Below are positions 48,886 to 59,394 of a DNA stretch of 64,000 nucleotides, piece after piece (position 1 is the first letter of the stretch; the number at the start of each line of letters is the position of its first letter). A program made the translations under genes and the position numbers. The stretch is taken from positions 1-64,000 of the forward strand of contig CAXXFV010000001.1 in assembly GCA_963674595.2 (NCBI GenBank). The letters run 5' to 3'. Below the pieces are notes generated by a model, which saw only the letters and a program-made list of their open reading frames with translations, searched no databases and was not told where the DNA came from. The DNA comes from a bacterium. Its GTDB lineage: Bacteria; Zhuqueibacterota; Zhuqueibacteria; Residuimicrobiales; Krinioviventaceae.

Positions 48886-49506
48886 TTGTCTTCGTTAAAA
48901 GAAATTTTTAATCCTCTATCCGGCGAACGTTTAAAAGAATGGTTTGCTGATTTAACAACCTTGTGGCATAATGCGGCACCGATTGAGCCCGAAGACCATT
49001 ATTCCCCTAAAGGCATGACCCAATGGATTCATTATAATAATTTTTTATTATGGCACCTGGAGGATGAAGCGCGCTGTAAAACGGCAAAGGACGAAGTCAT
49101 TGCAAAATGTAAACGTGCAATTGACAAGCATAATCAGTTGCGGAATGACGCTATAGAACATGTTGATATCTGGCTGGAAAATGCTTTGAGTTCTGCCGGA
49201 ATAACAGCACCGCCTGAAGTCGAAATTAATTCTGAAACGCCCGGAGCCATAATTGATCGTTTATCGATTATCTGCTTAAAGATTTTTCACATGTCTGAAG
49301 AAGCCGAACGAGACGACGCGGAAAAGGAACATAGAAAAAATGCAGAGCAACGCCTGGCTGTTTTAAGTGAACAACGGGATATTCTTGCCGCTTCGTTGGA
49401 TAAACTGCTTTTGGACCTTAGAATGGTTAAAAAACGCCACAAAATTTACAGACAATATAAAATGTATAATGATCCGAAATATAATCCTGTTTTATATAAA
49501 AAATAA
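48886..49506 (+). CDS. DUF4254 family protein
   Basis: LWHLEDEAR, KRAIDKHNQLRND, NSETPGAIIDRLSI, YRQYKMYNDP; TTG after AAGGAGG. Confidence 0.85.
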   Translation: MSSLKEIFNPLSGERLKEWFADLTTLWHNAAPIEPEDHYSPKGMTQWIHYNNFLLWHLEDEARCKTAKDEVIAKCKRAIDKHNQLRNDAIEHVDIWLENALSSAGITAPPEVEINSETPGAIIDRLSIICLKIFHMSEEAERDDAEKEHRKNAEQRLAVLSEQRDILAASLDKLLLDLRMVKKRHKIYRQYKMYNDPKYNPVLYKK

Positions 49507-49515
49507 GGACTTTTT

Positions 49516-50790
49516 GTGAAAATAAAGCTTGCGTACGGCAAAAAGGGCCTTTTAGCCGACATCCCTGATCATAATATTGTTAAAACTTTTCGAATGAAAG
49601 ACGAAAAGGTTTTGATAGACCCCTATATAGAATTTACCAAAAGTCTGTTACAACCCATCGGAATCGGCAAAAACCTGTTTGATATGGCACGAAGCTGCAA
49701 GTCAGCCTGTATTTTAGTGTGTGATATAACACGTCCTGTCCCTAACAAGCTTTTATTACCCCCACTTTTAAAAACGTTACATGCAGCCGGTCTAAGTCAT
49801 GACGATATTCTGTTGTTAATTGCCACAGGGACCCATCGTTCAAACACAGGTAAAGAACTTGAGGAACTTGTAGGCGCTCAAATAGCCAAAGAATATCATA
49901 TTGAAAATCATGATATAAAAAATAAAGAGGCTCATGCTTTAATCGGAGAAACAGCCTCGGGAATACCGATATGGCTGGATAAACGATTTTTAAATGCTGA
50001 AATGAAAATAGCCACTGGTTTTATAGAGCCGCACATGTTTGCCGGTTATTCAGGTGGAAGAAAGCTTGTTGTTCCCGGTATTGCCGGACTGGAAACACTA
50101 AAATACATGCATGGACCTCACATTTTATCACAACCTGGGTCCCGTGAAGGAAACCTGGTTGATAACCCGTTTCATAATGAAGCGACCGAAATGGCTAAAA
50201 TTGCCGGATTAGACTTTATTATAAACGTATCATTGAATGAAAAAAATGAGATAACCGGTATATTTTCAGGCGAACCGCAACAGGCTTTTCTACAGGGTAC
50301 GGACTTTGTTGCGAATAAAGTCAAAAGTCCTGTTTCGGAAAAGGTTGATGTTGTTGTCACAACAGGTGGAGGTTACCCGCTTGATACTACCTGGTACCAA
50401 ACGATAAAGGGTCTGTCATCCGTCCAATCCATTGTAAAAGACGGGGGTACCATTATTATTGCCTCTGAATGCAGTGAGGGGTTTGGCGGCAGTGATTTTG
50501 ATCAGCTTTTATTAAATAATCCGGACCTTGACAGTTTTATGGAAAAAATCCAAAAGGACGATTTTTTTGTTACCGATCAATGGCAATACCAAAAATTTAT
50601 TAATGTTGCCAAAAAAGTTAAAATTGTTCTTGTCTCTGAAAAATTATGGCAAATTCAACCGGAAATTCCCCATGTTACCCGGGCCGAATCTGTTGAAACC
50701 GCTATCAACAATGAATTAAAAATCAGGGGAGCCTCGCTCAAAATTGCCGTTATTCCAAAAGGACCCTATATTCTACCGGTTTTGGAATAA
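49516..50790 (+). CDS. LarA-family (nickel-pincer lactate racemase-like) protein
   Basis: DITRPVP, IATGTHR, IEPHMFAGYSGGRK, GGYPLD...YQTIKG, ECSEGFG. Confidence 0.85.
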   Translation: MKIKLAYGKKGLLADIPDHNIVKTFRMKDEKVLIDPYIEFTKSLLQPIGIGKNLFDMARSCKSACILVCDITRPVPNKLLLPPLLKTLHAAGLSHDDILLLIATGTHRSNTGKELEELVGAQIAKEYHIENHDIKNKEAHALIGETASGIPIWLDKRFLNAEMKIATGFIEPHMFAGYSGGRKLVVPGIAGLETLKYMHGPHILSQPGSREGNLVDNPFHNEATEMAKIAGLDFIINVSLNEKNEITGIFSGEPQQAFLQGTDFVANKVKSPVSEKVDVVVTTGGGYPLDTTWYQTIKGLSSVQSIVKDGGTIIIASECSEGFGGSDFDQLLLNNPDLDSFMEKIQKDDFFVTDQWQYQKFINVAKKVKIVLVSEKLWQIQPEIPHVTRAESVETAINNELKIRGASLKIAVIPKGPYILPVLE

Positions 50791-51030
50791 TTTAGTGTAA
50801 ATTTTTTCAATTTTAGGGGAACAATTTTAAAAGTTATGCGTTTTACAGTTATGATCGAAAAAATGTCGTTAATGCAAAATTCGTTTTAATGAATTTTTTC
50901 TATATATAACTTGATAATTACGTTAAATTTCGTTACATTAGTCACTGTAAACTTTTCATATAAATTTTTATATAAATCTATTGACTTGCTATGTGCAATT
51001 ACGATGTGAGAGACCAGGAGGTATGATATT

Positions 51031-51552
51031 ATGTTTAAACTTCAATCAATCGACTCTGTCGATGCTTTAAAAATTTCCATCCAATGTGAAAAGGACATGA
51101 AAACCTACTATGAAAAAATCTCATCTTTGATAAAAGACGAAGATGCCCTCACAATTTTTAAAGGATTGGCTGAGAAAGAAGAGAAACATCGAAAAAAACT
51201 CATTAAAACCTATAGCCAAGTTAGCGGTAAAAAAATTCTGTATCTTAATTTAGGTAAAAAGCATAAATTGAACTCGCTGGAAAAGTGCGGATCTGATCCG
51301 AACCATTCAGTTCGAATTGCAAAGAAAAATGAAGAAGAATTAAAATCATTTTACATTACAATTTCTCGTCGTTTAATTGAGCCTGAATTGAGACAACTTT
51401 TTAGAGAAATGGCTTATGAACGCGGTCAACATTACGCTCTTTTAGAAGCCTCTTTTGTTGAACCATTAGCTCTTGATCAAGAGCCTGTTACAGAAAACGA
51501 AAATATTATGAATGAAGTGACTGCTCATTCTGAAGCAATAAAGGCATGGTAA
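51031..51552 (+). CDS. Ferritin-like (rubrerythrin-type) four-helix protein
   Basis: EKDMKTYY, LAEKEEKH; second repeat EEELKSFY...MAYERGQH. Confidence 0.7.
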   Translation: MFKLQSIDSVDALKISIQCEKDMKTYYEKISSLIKDEDALTIFKGLAEKEEKHRKKLIKTYSQVSGKKILYLNLGKKHKLNSLEKCGSDPNHSVRIAKKNEEELKSFYITISRRLIEPELRQLFREMAYERGQHYALLEASFVEPLALDQEPVTENENIMNEVTAHSEAIKAW

Positions 51553-51572
51553 ACAAATTCATAAATTTTTTT

Positions 51573-51610
51573 AAAAAAAAGCCTGCAACTTTCTAGTTGC
51601 AGGCTTTTTT
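51573..51610. terminator. Rho-independent terminator (symmetrical A and T tracts)
   Basis: aaaaaaaagcctgcaact-ttct-agttgcaggctttttt. Confidence 0.88.
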
Positions 51611-51714
51611 AATATAAGCTTGTCTCAAATTGAGATGTTGATTTTAATAAAAGAATCTTGTACTTTTTAAAATAGAAAAATTGACTGATAAATTATACTA
51701 AAGGTAATAGTGAT

Positions 51715-52926
51715 ATGAAGCCTATATACATGGACCATCATGCAACAACGCCTCTGGATCCCGAGGTCCTCGAAGCAATGATGCCATATTTTACGGAACA
51801 TTTTGGAAATCCTTCCAGTAATACACATATTTATGGTCATGAAGCACGAAATGCTGTTGAAGCTGCCCGTAAACAAATAGCTGATTTAATTGGGGCTGCC
51901 GGACCGGATGAAATTATTTTTACAAGTGGGGCCACAGAAGCTGATAATCTTGCTTTAAAGGGATTGGCCTTTCGAAACAATAACAACAAGGGCCATATTA
52001 TTACCATTGCTACGGAGCACAAGGCCATTCTGGATACGGTTAAAAAACTCAAACAGCAGGGAATTGAAACGAGTTTTATTAAACTGGATGAGTATGGATT
52101 AATTGATATGGAGGATTTGAAAAATCAAATTCGACCTGAAACCATATTAATATCTGTTCAGGCTGCAAACAGCGAAATAGGGACCATCCAACCCATTCGT
52201 GAAATCGGTGAAATTGCCCGAAAAAATAATATTCCTTTTCATTCCGATGCTGTGCAGGCTATCGGGAAATTTGATGTCAATGTTCAACGAGACAAAATTG
52301 ACATGTTGTCAATATCTGCTCATAAAATGTATGGCCCTAAAGGTATCGGCGCATTGTATGTTAAAAAGGGTATTCGACTAAGTGCGTTAATAGACGGCGG
52401 CGGTCATGAACGTGGAATGCGGTCCGGTACGTTAAACGTTCCGGCTATTGTTGGCTTTGGCAAAGCCTGTGAGATTGCAAAACGTGATCTTGCAGCCGAA
52501 TCTAAAAGACTGTTGGAACTCCGAAATTATTTGTCTTCTCAAATCCAGGAACGAATTGACTATGTCAAGTTGAACGGTCATCCGGAAAAACGCCTTGTAA
52601 ATAATTTAAATTTCAGTTTTGCATTTGTGGAAGGCGAATCACTTATTCTTTCATGCAGAGACGTTGCACTTTCATCCGGCTCTGCCTGTACGTCAACGGC
52701 TTTACAGTCTTCCTATGTATTAAAAGCTATTGGTCTGCAGGATTCCCTGGCTCATTGTTCCATTCGTTTTGGTTTGGGCAAATCCAACACAAAAGAGCAA
52801 GTTGACATACTTTTAGACCTTTTGGAAAAAAATGTAAAAAGACTTCGAGAAATGTCGCCTTTGTATGATATGGCTAAAGAAGGGATTGATATAGACAAGG
52901 TGAATTGGGCGCCCCATTCTCATTAA
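51715..52926 (+). CDS. iscS: Cysteine desulfurase
   Basis: IYMDHHATTP, FGNPSS, ISAHKMYGPKG, RSGTLN, SSGSACTS, SPLY. Confidence 0.95.
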   Translation: MKPIYMDHHATTPLDPEVLEAMMPYFTEHFGNPSSNTHIYGHEARNAVEAARKQIADLIGAAGPDEIIFTSGATEADNLALKGLAFRNNNNKGHIITIATEHKAILDTVKKLKQQGIETSFIKLDEYGLIDMEDLKNQIRPETILISVQAANSEIGTIQPIREIGEIARKNNIPFHSDAVQAIGKFDVNVQRDKIDMLSISAHKMYGPKGIGALYVKKGIRLSALIDGGGHERGMRSGTLNVPAIVGFGKACEIAKRDLAAESKRLLELRNYLSSQIQERIDYVKLNGHPEKRLVNNLNFSFAFVEGESLILSCRDVALSSGSACTSTALQSSYVLKAIGLQDSLAHCSIRFGLGKSNTKEQVDILLDLLEKNVKRLREMSPLYDMAKEGIDIDKVNWAPHSH

Positions 52927-52955
52927 ATATTAAATTATAAAAGAGAGAGATTTAT

Positions 52956-53342
52956 ATGGATGTTTGGGATGATTATACAGAAAAAGTAATGGAACATTAT
53001 GAAAATCCAAAAAATGTCGGCGTTGTGGAAAATGCCAACGGCGTCGGTGTTGTTGGAAACCCTGCCTGCGGCGATGTTATGAAATTGACCGTAAGAATTG
53101 AAGACGGTGTCATTAAAGACGCCAAGTTTAAAACATTTGGATGCGGTGCCGCTATTGCCACCAGTTCCATGGTTACGGAAATGATTAAAGGTAAAAGTGT
53201 TGCAGAGGCTTTGAGTGTTTCAAACAAATCTGTTGCAGAAGCATTGGGGGGACTACCAAAGGTTAAAATGCATTGTTCTGTCCTTGCGGAAGATGCATTA
53301 AAAGCGGCCATCGATGACTATAACAAAAATCAGAACGAATAA
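52956..53342 (+). CDS. iscU: Fe-S scaffold IscU/NifU N-terminal type
   Basis: GNPACGDVM, FKTFGCGAAIA, LPKVKMHCSVLA. Confidence 0.93.
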   Translation: MDVWDDYTEKVMEHYENPKNVGVVENANGVGVVGNPACGDVMKLTVRIEDGVIKDAKFKTFGCGAAIATSSMVTEMIKGKSVAEALSVSNKSVAEALGGLPKVKMHCSVLAEDALKAAIDDYNKNQNE

Positions 53343-53367
53343 AAAGATTGCGAGACCTGGAGGCATT

Positions 53368-53574
53368 ATGAGTGAATATAAATTATATAAAGTTTATCAC
53401 CTGAGCGAAAAATCATGCTGGAATTTACGGGTTGCCAAATCCCCGGAAGAAGCGTTGACCCATTGTATCAATCATCCTCACGATAAACGTCCGGATGATG
53501 CGGCTGACAGGAGCTGCCGTGCAGAAGAGGTGAAAATAAACGGTTATACCATCAAAGTAACAAAAGATGAGTAA
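53368..53574 (+). CDS. Small hypothetical protein (68 aa), Cys/His-containing
   Basis: ATG after GGAGG; MSEYKLYKVYHLSEKSCW...HCINHPHD...RSCRAEEVKINGY. Confidence 0.65.
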   Translation: MSEYKLYKVYHLSEKSCWNLRVAKSPEEALTHCINHPHDKRPDDAADRSCRAEEVKINGYTIKVTKDE

Positions 53575-53746
53575 AAAATCCTTCTGACAATGTATATTAA
53601 ATAAAATTCTTAATAATTTTGGAAATAAATGGGTAGATTTTGGGGTTTACAAATTCGAATTATCTGACGATTTTTTGTAATGTTGGATAGTTTGATTTTA
53701 AATGTCCGCTACCCGGATGTGAAATCGAGTTTGACGGAGAGTATTG

Positions 53747-54931
53747 ATGAAACCTTTTTTAGTTAAAGACAATGTTTACTGGATAGGCGCGCTGCACCCG
53801 GATTTAAAGGTTTTTGATATTATTATGGAAACCAAAAACGGAACGACCTATAATAGTTATCTGATTAAAGATGAAAAAATAGCCATTGTTGATACGGTAA
53901 AAGAAAAATTTTCTGAGCAATATATTGAGCATATTAAAAGTTTAATCGATCCTGAAAAAATTGATTATATTATAGTACATCATACCGAACCGGACCATTC
54001 CGGAAGTTTGATTAAATTACTGGAAATTGCACCAAACGCCCAGGTTGTTTGTGCGAACCCTGCTGTGAAATATGTTTTAAGTACAATCAACAGGGACGTG
54101 AATCCCATGGGTGTAAAAAATGGAGATACACTGTCATTAGGTGAAAAAACGCTGACATTTTTATCAACACCTTTTTTGCACTGGCCGGATACGATGATGA
54201 CCTATATTGAAAAAGATAAACTATTATTTTCATGTGATGTTTTTGCTTCCCACTTTTGTGACAGCAAAATGGTGGACAAAGACATTGACAGAGATTTTTG
54301 GCCGGATGTCAAATATTATTTTGAAATGATTATGAGACCGTTCAAAAAGAATATAAGAAATGCTTTGAAAAAGATTGAGCCCCTTGAGGTTGATGCTATT
54401 GCCACGTCTCATGGACCAGTCCTCAAGGCGGATGTTCAAAAATATATTCAGGCTTATTCCGAATGGTCACAGGAGACTGAAAAAAATGATCCGTCACAGG
54501 TCCTTGTGTACTATGCCAGTGCTCACGGAAATACGGCTAAAATGGCGGAAAAAATTGCCGAAGGCGCCCGTTCTCTCGGATGCAAGGTAGACGTTTATGA
54601 TGCTGAAAATTTGAACATTGCCGAACACCTGGATAGTCTGGAAGCGGCAGATGCTGTTTTATTTGGTTCCCCCACGATTAATAATGATGTTGTTAAACCT
54701 GTTTGGGACGTTTTAAACAGCCTTGCGACACTGGATATGAAAGGAAAAATCGGTGCCGCATTCGGTTCAATGGGCTGGAGCGGAGAAGCCGTTAAATTTA
54801 TCGATGAACGATTACAAGCATTAAAGTTTAAAGTTCCTGTAGAAGGAATGAGTGCTGTTTTGGTGCCAAGTGATGACGAACTGAAACAATGTTTTGACTT
54901 TGGTGTTGAAATAGCAAAATCTGTAAATTAG
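53747..54931 (+). CDS. fprA: Flavodiiron protein (A-type flavoprotein)
   Basis: GTTYNSYLI, HHTEPDHSG, LHWPD, FSCD, SHGP; flavodoxin domain (SAHGNT, GSPT, FGSMGWSGEA). Confidence 0.92.
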   Translation: MKPFLVKDNVYWIGALHPDLKVFDIIMETKNGTTYNSYLIKDEKIAIVDTVKEKFSEQYIEHIKSLIDPEKIDYIIVHHTEPDHSGSLIKLLEIAPNAQVVCANPAVKYVLSTINRDVNPMGVKNGDTLSLGEKTLTFLSTPFLHWPDTMMTYIEKDKLLFSCDVFASHFCDSKMVDKDIDRDFWPDVKYYFEMIMRPFKKNIRNALKKIEPLEVDAIATSHGPVLKADVQKYIQAYSEWSQETEKNDPSQVLVYYASAHGNTAKMAEKIAEGARSLGCKVDVYDAENLNIAEHLDSLEAADAVLFGSPTINNDVVKPVWDVLNSLATLDMKGKIGAAFGSMGWSGEAVKFIDERLQALKFKVPVEGMSAVLVPSDDELKQCFDFGVEIAKSVN

Positions 54932-54955
54932 ATCATAAATATATATGAGGAAAAA

Positions 54956-56353
54956 ATGACTGAAAAATATGATCTTGTTGTTATTGGTTCCGGACCTGGT
55001 GGTTATGTTGCCGCTATACGGGCCGCTCAATTGGGTATGAAAACAGCTATTGTTGAAAAAGCTGAAATTGGCGGTATTTGTTTAAACTGGGGCTGCATTC
55101 CAACCAAGGCTTTATTGCATAGCGCCGGTTTGTATGAGCAAATGAAAAAGTCTAAAAATTTTGGCATCGTTACATCAGATGTTAATGTTGATTTTACCCA
55201 AATGGTTAAAAACAGCCGTAGTGTTGCAAACCGACTTTCCAAAGGTATTGAATTTCTCTTTCGAAAAAATAAAATTGATACAATCGTTGGGACCGGTAAA
55301 ATTTTAGCTAAAAATCAGGTTGAAGTAACGACCCCTGAAAACGAAAAAAAGATTGTTGAGGCAAAAAATATCCTTGTTGCAACAGGCGCCCGGCCAAAAA
55401 CAATTCCCGGATTGGAATATGACGGCAAGCAAATAATAAGCAGCCGCGAAGCAATGTCATTGCCTGAGCAACCCAAGTCCTTGGTGATTATCGGTGCCGG
55501 TGCCATTGGCGTCGAGTTTGCTTATTTTTATGCAACCATTGGTACTAAAGTAACGCTGGTGGAAATGTTGCCGCAGATCCTTCCTGTTGAAGATGCTGAA
55601 GTTGTACAAGTTGTTGTGCGCTCTTTCCGCAAAAACAAAATCGATATGTTGACAAATACCAAAGTAGATAAAATTGTAAAATCCGATCAGGGTGTCACGG
55701 TCCATGTGACTGAAAATGACAAATCTACAGAAATAAAAAGCGATATGGCCCTTGTCGCCATTGGTGTGCAGGGAAATATTGAAGGTTTAAACCTTGAGGG
55801 CATGGGCATTAAAACAGATCGCGGTTTTATTGTTGTTGATAAAAATACTTATAAAACAAATGTTGATAATATTTATGCCATCGGTGACATAATTGGTCCG
55901 CCATGGCTGGCCCACGTTGCTTCGGCAGAAGGTATTGCCGCAGTTGAACAGATGGCCGGTGAAACCCCGACTCCTGTGGATTATGATCATATCCCCGGCT
56001 GTACCTATTGCCAGCCACAGGTTGCCAGTCTGGGTTTAACGGAAGCGCAGGCCAAAGAAAAGGGACATGATATTCTGGTAGGAAATGTTCCGTTTCGTGC
56101 CATTGGAAAATCTTTGGCAATGGGCCACAGCGATGGTTTTGCCAAGTTAATTTTTGATAAAAAATACGGTGAACTGTTGGGCGCTCACATTGTCGGCGCT
56201 GAAGCAACGGAATTACTGGCTGAACTGGGTGTTGCGAAAACGCTGGAAACAACAGCAGATGAACTTATAAACACGATTCACGCGCATCCGACACTTTCTG
56301 AAGTGATTAAAGAGGCTGCCGAGGCGGCATTTGGAAAGGCCATTCATATATAA
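54956..56353 (+). CDS. lpdA: Dihydrolipoyl dehydrogenase (E3)
   Basis: GSGPGGYVAA, GGICLNWGCIP, GAGAIG, HAHPTLSE. Confidence 0.96.
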   Translation: MTEKYDLVVIGSGPGGYVAAIRAAQLGMKTAIVEKAEIGGICLNWGCIPTKALLHSAGLYEQMKKSKNFGIVTSDVNVDFTQMVKNSRSVANRLSKGIEFLFRKNKIDTIVGTGKILAKNQVEVTTPENEKKIVEAKNILVATGARPKTIPGLEYDGKQIISSREAMSLPEQPKSLVIIGAGAIGVEFAYFYATIGTKVTLVEMLPQILPVEDAEVVQVVVRSFRKNKIDMLTNTKVDKIVKSDQGVTVHVTENDKSTEIKSDMALVAIGVQGNIEGLNLEGMGIKTDRGFIVVDKNTYKTNVDNIYAIGDIIGPPWLAHVASAEGIAAVEQMAGETPTPVDYDHIPGCTYCQPQVASLGLTEAQAKEKGHDILVGNVPFRAIGKSLAMGHSDGFAKLIFDKKYGELLGAHIVGAEATELLAELGVAKTLETTADELINTIHAHPTLSEVIKEAAEAAFGKAIHI

Positions 56354-56376
56354 ATACGAGTCATTGAATTAGTGTC

Positions 56377-58377
56377 ATGAAAAATGACAAAGAAAATCAA
56401 CTGATTGATATTTATCGCACCATGCTCACAAGCAGACGGCTCGATGAAAAGATGCTTGTTTTGCTGCGCCAGGGAAAGAGTTTTTTTCACATTGGTGCGG
56501 CAGGGCATGAAGCCGCACAGGTCGGTGCGGCAATGGCATTCAAGCCTGGATACGATTGGAGTTATCCCTATTATCGTGACCAGGCTTTTGTGTTACAATG
56601 GGGCGTTACGCCTAAAGAAATTTTACTGAATTTTTTAGCAAGGGCCGATGACCCTTCCTCCGGCGGCCGGCAATTGCCGCAACATTACGGACATAAGGAT
56701 TTACGGATTGTCAGTCAGTCCAGTCCCACCGGTACCCAGTATCTTCAGGCTGTTGGCACGGCCATGGGAAGCAAAAAAGACGGAACAGACCAGGTTGTTT
56801 ATGTTTCCTCCGGCGAAGGCGCCACAAGCCAGGGCGATTTTTATGAGGCGATAAACTGGGCCACCCGTGATTTGCTGCCTGTCGTTTTTTTTATTCAGGA
56901 TAATAAATATGCCATATCTGTTCCTAATGACCAGCAAACCGTGGGACGGTCTGTATATGATATGGTCATGGGATATGAGAATCTGCATCGTCACAGCATT
57001 AACGGTCTGGACCCTTTGGAATGTTACGAGGTTACCAAACATTGTGTTGAAAATGCCCGCACCGGAAAAGGCCCCAGCCTTATCGTCGCCCATACCGTTC
57101 GTCTTTTTTCCCATTCATCTTCCGATGACCAGCGAAAATATCGTGATTCACAGGAACTGGACTTTGAAAAAAGTCAGGATCCTATCGAGTCCATGAAGCA
57201 TTTTTTTATCAACGAAAAAATTTTAAAAACAGATGAGCTTGACGAACTGGAAAATGCCGTAAAAAAAGACATCGATACTGCCGCAGAAGAAGCGCTTCAT
57301 TCTCCTTTACCGGACACCAAAACCGTTAAAAGATTTATATTTAGTGAGAGTAATATAGATTATGATGATAAAGTAAAAAGTGTTTCTGAAAAGCCGGTCG
57401 TTATGGTGGATGCCGTCAATCATGCCTTGCGGGAAGAATTGGCGCGTGATGATAACATGCTGATATACGGACAGGATGTTGCCGGTGACAAGGGCGGCGT
57501 TTTTACCGTAACCAAAGGGTTGACAAAGGATTTTGGCATAGAGCGTGTATTTAACGCTCCTCTGGCTGAATCCAGTATTATCGGTACGGCAATTGGCCTG
57601 GCCCTATACGGATATAGACCGGTTGTTGAAATCCAGTTCGGTGATTATATCTGGACGGCCATGATGCAAATTCGAAATGAACTGTCAACCATGCACTGGC
57701 GCTCAAACGGTACCTTTACAGCCCCTGTTACGGTCCGTGTGCCTGTCGGTGGTTATATTCACGGCGGTTTGTGTCACAGTCAGAATATTGAAGGATTTTT
57801 TGCACATATACCCGGACTTGTCATCTGTTATCCTTCCAATGCGGCTGACGCCAAAGGATTGTTAAAAATGGCAATCCGCAGTGATGATCCGGTATTGTTT
57901 CTGGAGCATAAAGGACTCTATCGTCAAAGTCATGCCATGTCGCCGGAACCGGATCAAGACTATACCATTCCGTTCGGCAAAGCCGTTGTTAAAAAACAAG
58001 GCAAGGATGCTACCATAATTACCTATGGTGCGATGGTCCAAAGATCAATTGAAGTCGCTCAAAAAATGAGCAAGCAGGGTATTGATATTGAAGTAATTGA
58101 TTTAAGAACGATTGTTCCTTTGGATATGGATACAATTTTAAAATCTGTAAATAAAACCAGCCGTATTCTTGTTTTACATGAAGACACCTTAACCGGTGGT
58201 TTTGGTGCGGAAATTTCTGCTCGAATTTCAGAGAGTGCATTTGAGTTTTTGGATGCGCCTGTTTTACGTGTTGCCGCCAGTGACACACCGGTTCCCTATA
58301 ACTGGGACCTTGAAGCGGCTGTGTTACCTCAGAATGATGATATTGAACAAGCCGTTCAAAAGCTTGTTACGTTTTAG
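56377..58377 (+). CDS. 2-oxoacid dehydrogenase E1, fused alpha+beta
   Basis: PYYRD, GEGATSQG...DNKYAIS, HSSSDD; beta part GQDV, PLAESSI, EIQFGDY, HSQ. Confidence 0.92.
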   Translation: MKNDKENQLIDIYRTMLTSRRLDEKMLVLLRQGKSFFHIGAAGHEAAQVGAAMAFKPGYDWSYPYYRDQAFVLQWGVTPKEILLNFLARADDPSSGGRQLPQHYGHKDLRIVSQSSPTGTQYLQAVGTAMGSKKDGTDQVVYVSSGEGATSQGDFYEAINWATRDLLPVVFFIQDNKYAISVPNDQQTVGRSVYDMVMGYENLHRHSINGLDPLECYEVTKHCVENARTGKGPSLIVAHTVRLFSHSSSDDQRKYRDSQELDFEKSQDPIESMKHFFINEKILKTDELDELENAVKKDIDTAAEEALHSPLPDTKTVKRFIFSESNIDYDDKVKSVSEKPVVMVDAVNHALREELARDDNMLIYGQDVAGDKGGVFTVTKGLTKDFGIERVFNAPLAESSIIGTAIGLALYGYRPVVEIQFGDYIWTAMMQIRNELSTMHWRSNGTFTAPVTVRVPVGGYIHGGLCHSQNIEGFFAHIPGLVICYPSNAADAKGLLKMAIRSDDPVLFLEHKGLYRQSHAMSPEPDQDYTIPFGKAVVKKQGKDATIITYGAMVQRSIEVAQKMSKQGIDIEVIDLRTIVPLDMDTILKSVNKTSRILVLHEDTLTGGFGAEISARISESAFEFLDAPVLRVAASDTPVPYNWDLEAAVLPQNDDIEQAVQKLVTF

Positions 58378-58399
58378 GTTTATTTAAAAGGATAAGTAT

Positions 58400-59377
58400 A
58401 TGCAAACAGATGGTGTAAAGGTTTTGGAAAAAACAAAAATTGATCTTTACAGGCTGGTAAAAAAAACACGGGCCACAGAAGACCAGATTATAAATCTTTA
58501 CCGGCAGGGACATATTGTTGGCGGTGTTTACACCAGCCGGGGCATGGAAGCGACCACTGTCGGCGCTGCATTTGCATTGGAAAAGCAGGACTATTTGTTC
58601 CCCATACATCGCGACCTGGGTGCGCACCTGGCCAAAGGACAGTCTGTGCTGAATATTCTGCTGCAATATCTTGGAAAAGGAAATAACCTGACAAAGGGCA
58701 AGGACAGCGGCATACATGTGAGTGATACGAGTTTGAACATTATCGGGAATGTCAGTCATTTGGGCGCCATGATACCCTTTGCTGTGGGTGCGGCTATGGG
58801 CAAAAATTTGCAGAATGAAAAAGTCGTTTCCATGAATTTTATCGGTGAGGGCGGATCAAATATCGGTGATTTTCATGAAGCCCTTAATTTCGCCGCAGTG
58901 CAAAATATTCCTTTTGTTCTTATTATTGAAAACAATCAATACGCCTATTCAACCCCGACTTCAAAGGAATATAAATGCGAACGTCTGTCCGACCGGGCCA
59001 TTGGTTATGGCATTTCCGGTTATTATATAGACGGTACGGATGCTATGCAGGTTTATTCGGTAACAAAACAAGCCGTGGAAAAGGCCCGTGCCGGTGAAGG
59101 GCCTAGTTTGATAGAGTGTCGCGGCATGCGCATGATGGGTCATTCCGCGCATGACGATGCTTCCTATGTGGATAAAAATTTGATCGAAGAATGGAAAAAA
59201 CGAGATCCGATAAACAGGCTGGAAAGTGAACTGGTAAAGGAAAATATTCTGAGTGAAAAAGATATTCAAATGATATCTCAAGAAATTCAACAGGAAATTG
59301 ATGACGCAACGCAAGAAGCGTTAAAAGGCCCACTGCCCCAGGCAGAATGGGCCGCAGAAGGTGTTTACGCTAATTAA
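58400..59377 (+). CDS. 2-oxoacid dehydrogenase E1 alpha subunit
   Basis: IHRD, GEGGSNIGDFHEALN...ENNQYAYS, RMMGHSAHD. Confidence 0.9.
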   Translation: MQTDGVKVLEKTKIDLYRLVKKTRATEDQIINLYRQGHIVGGVYTSRGMEATTVGAAFALEKQDYLFPIHRDLGAHLAKGQSVLNILLQYLGKGNNLTKGKDSGIHVSDTSLNIIGNVSHLGAMIPFAVGAAMGKNLQNEKVVSMNFIGEGGSNIGDFHEALNFAAVQNIPFVLIIENNQYAYSTPTSKEYKCERLSDRAIGYGISGYYIDGTDAMQVYSVTKQAVEKARAGEGPSLIECRGMRMMGHSAHDDASYVDKNLIEEWKKRDPINRLESELVKENILSEKDIQMISQEIQQEIDDATQEALKGPLPQAEWAAEGVYAN

Positions 59378-59394
59378 AGAAAGAACAGATTGTT

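Noticed and set aside
53575-53746. Possible structured RNA before fprA (gggtag...ctaccc pairing)
   Set aside because: Only a 6-bp long-range match, with no recognisable riboswitch or terminator
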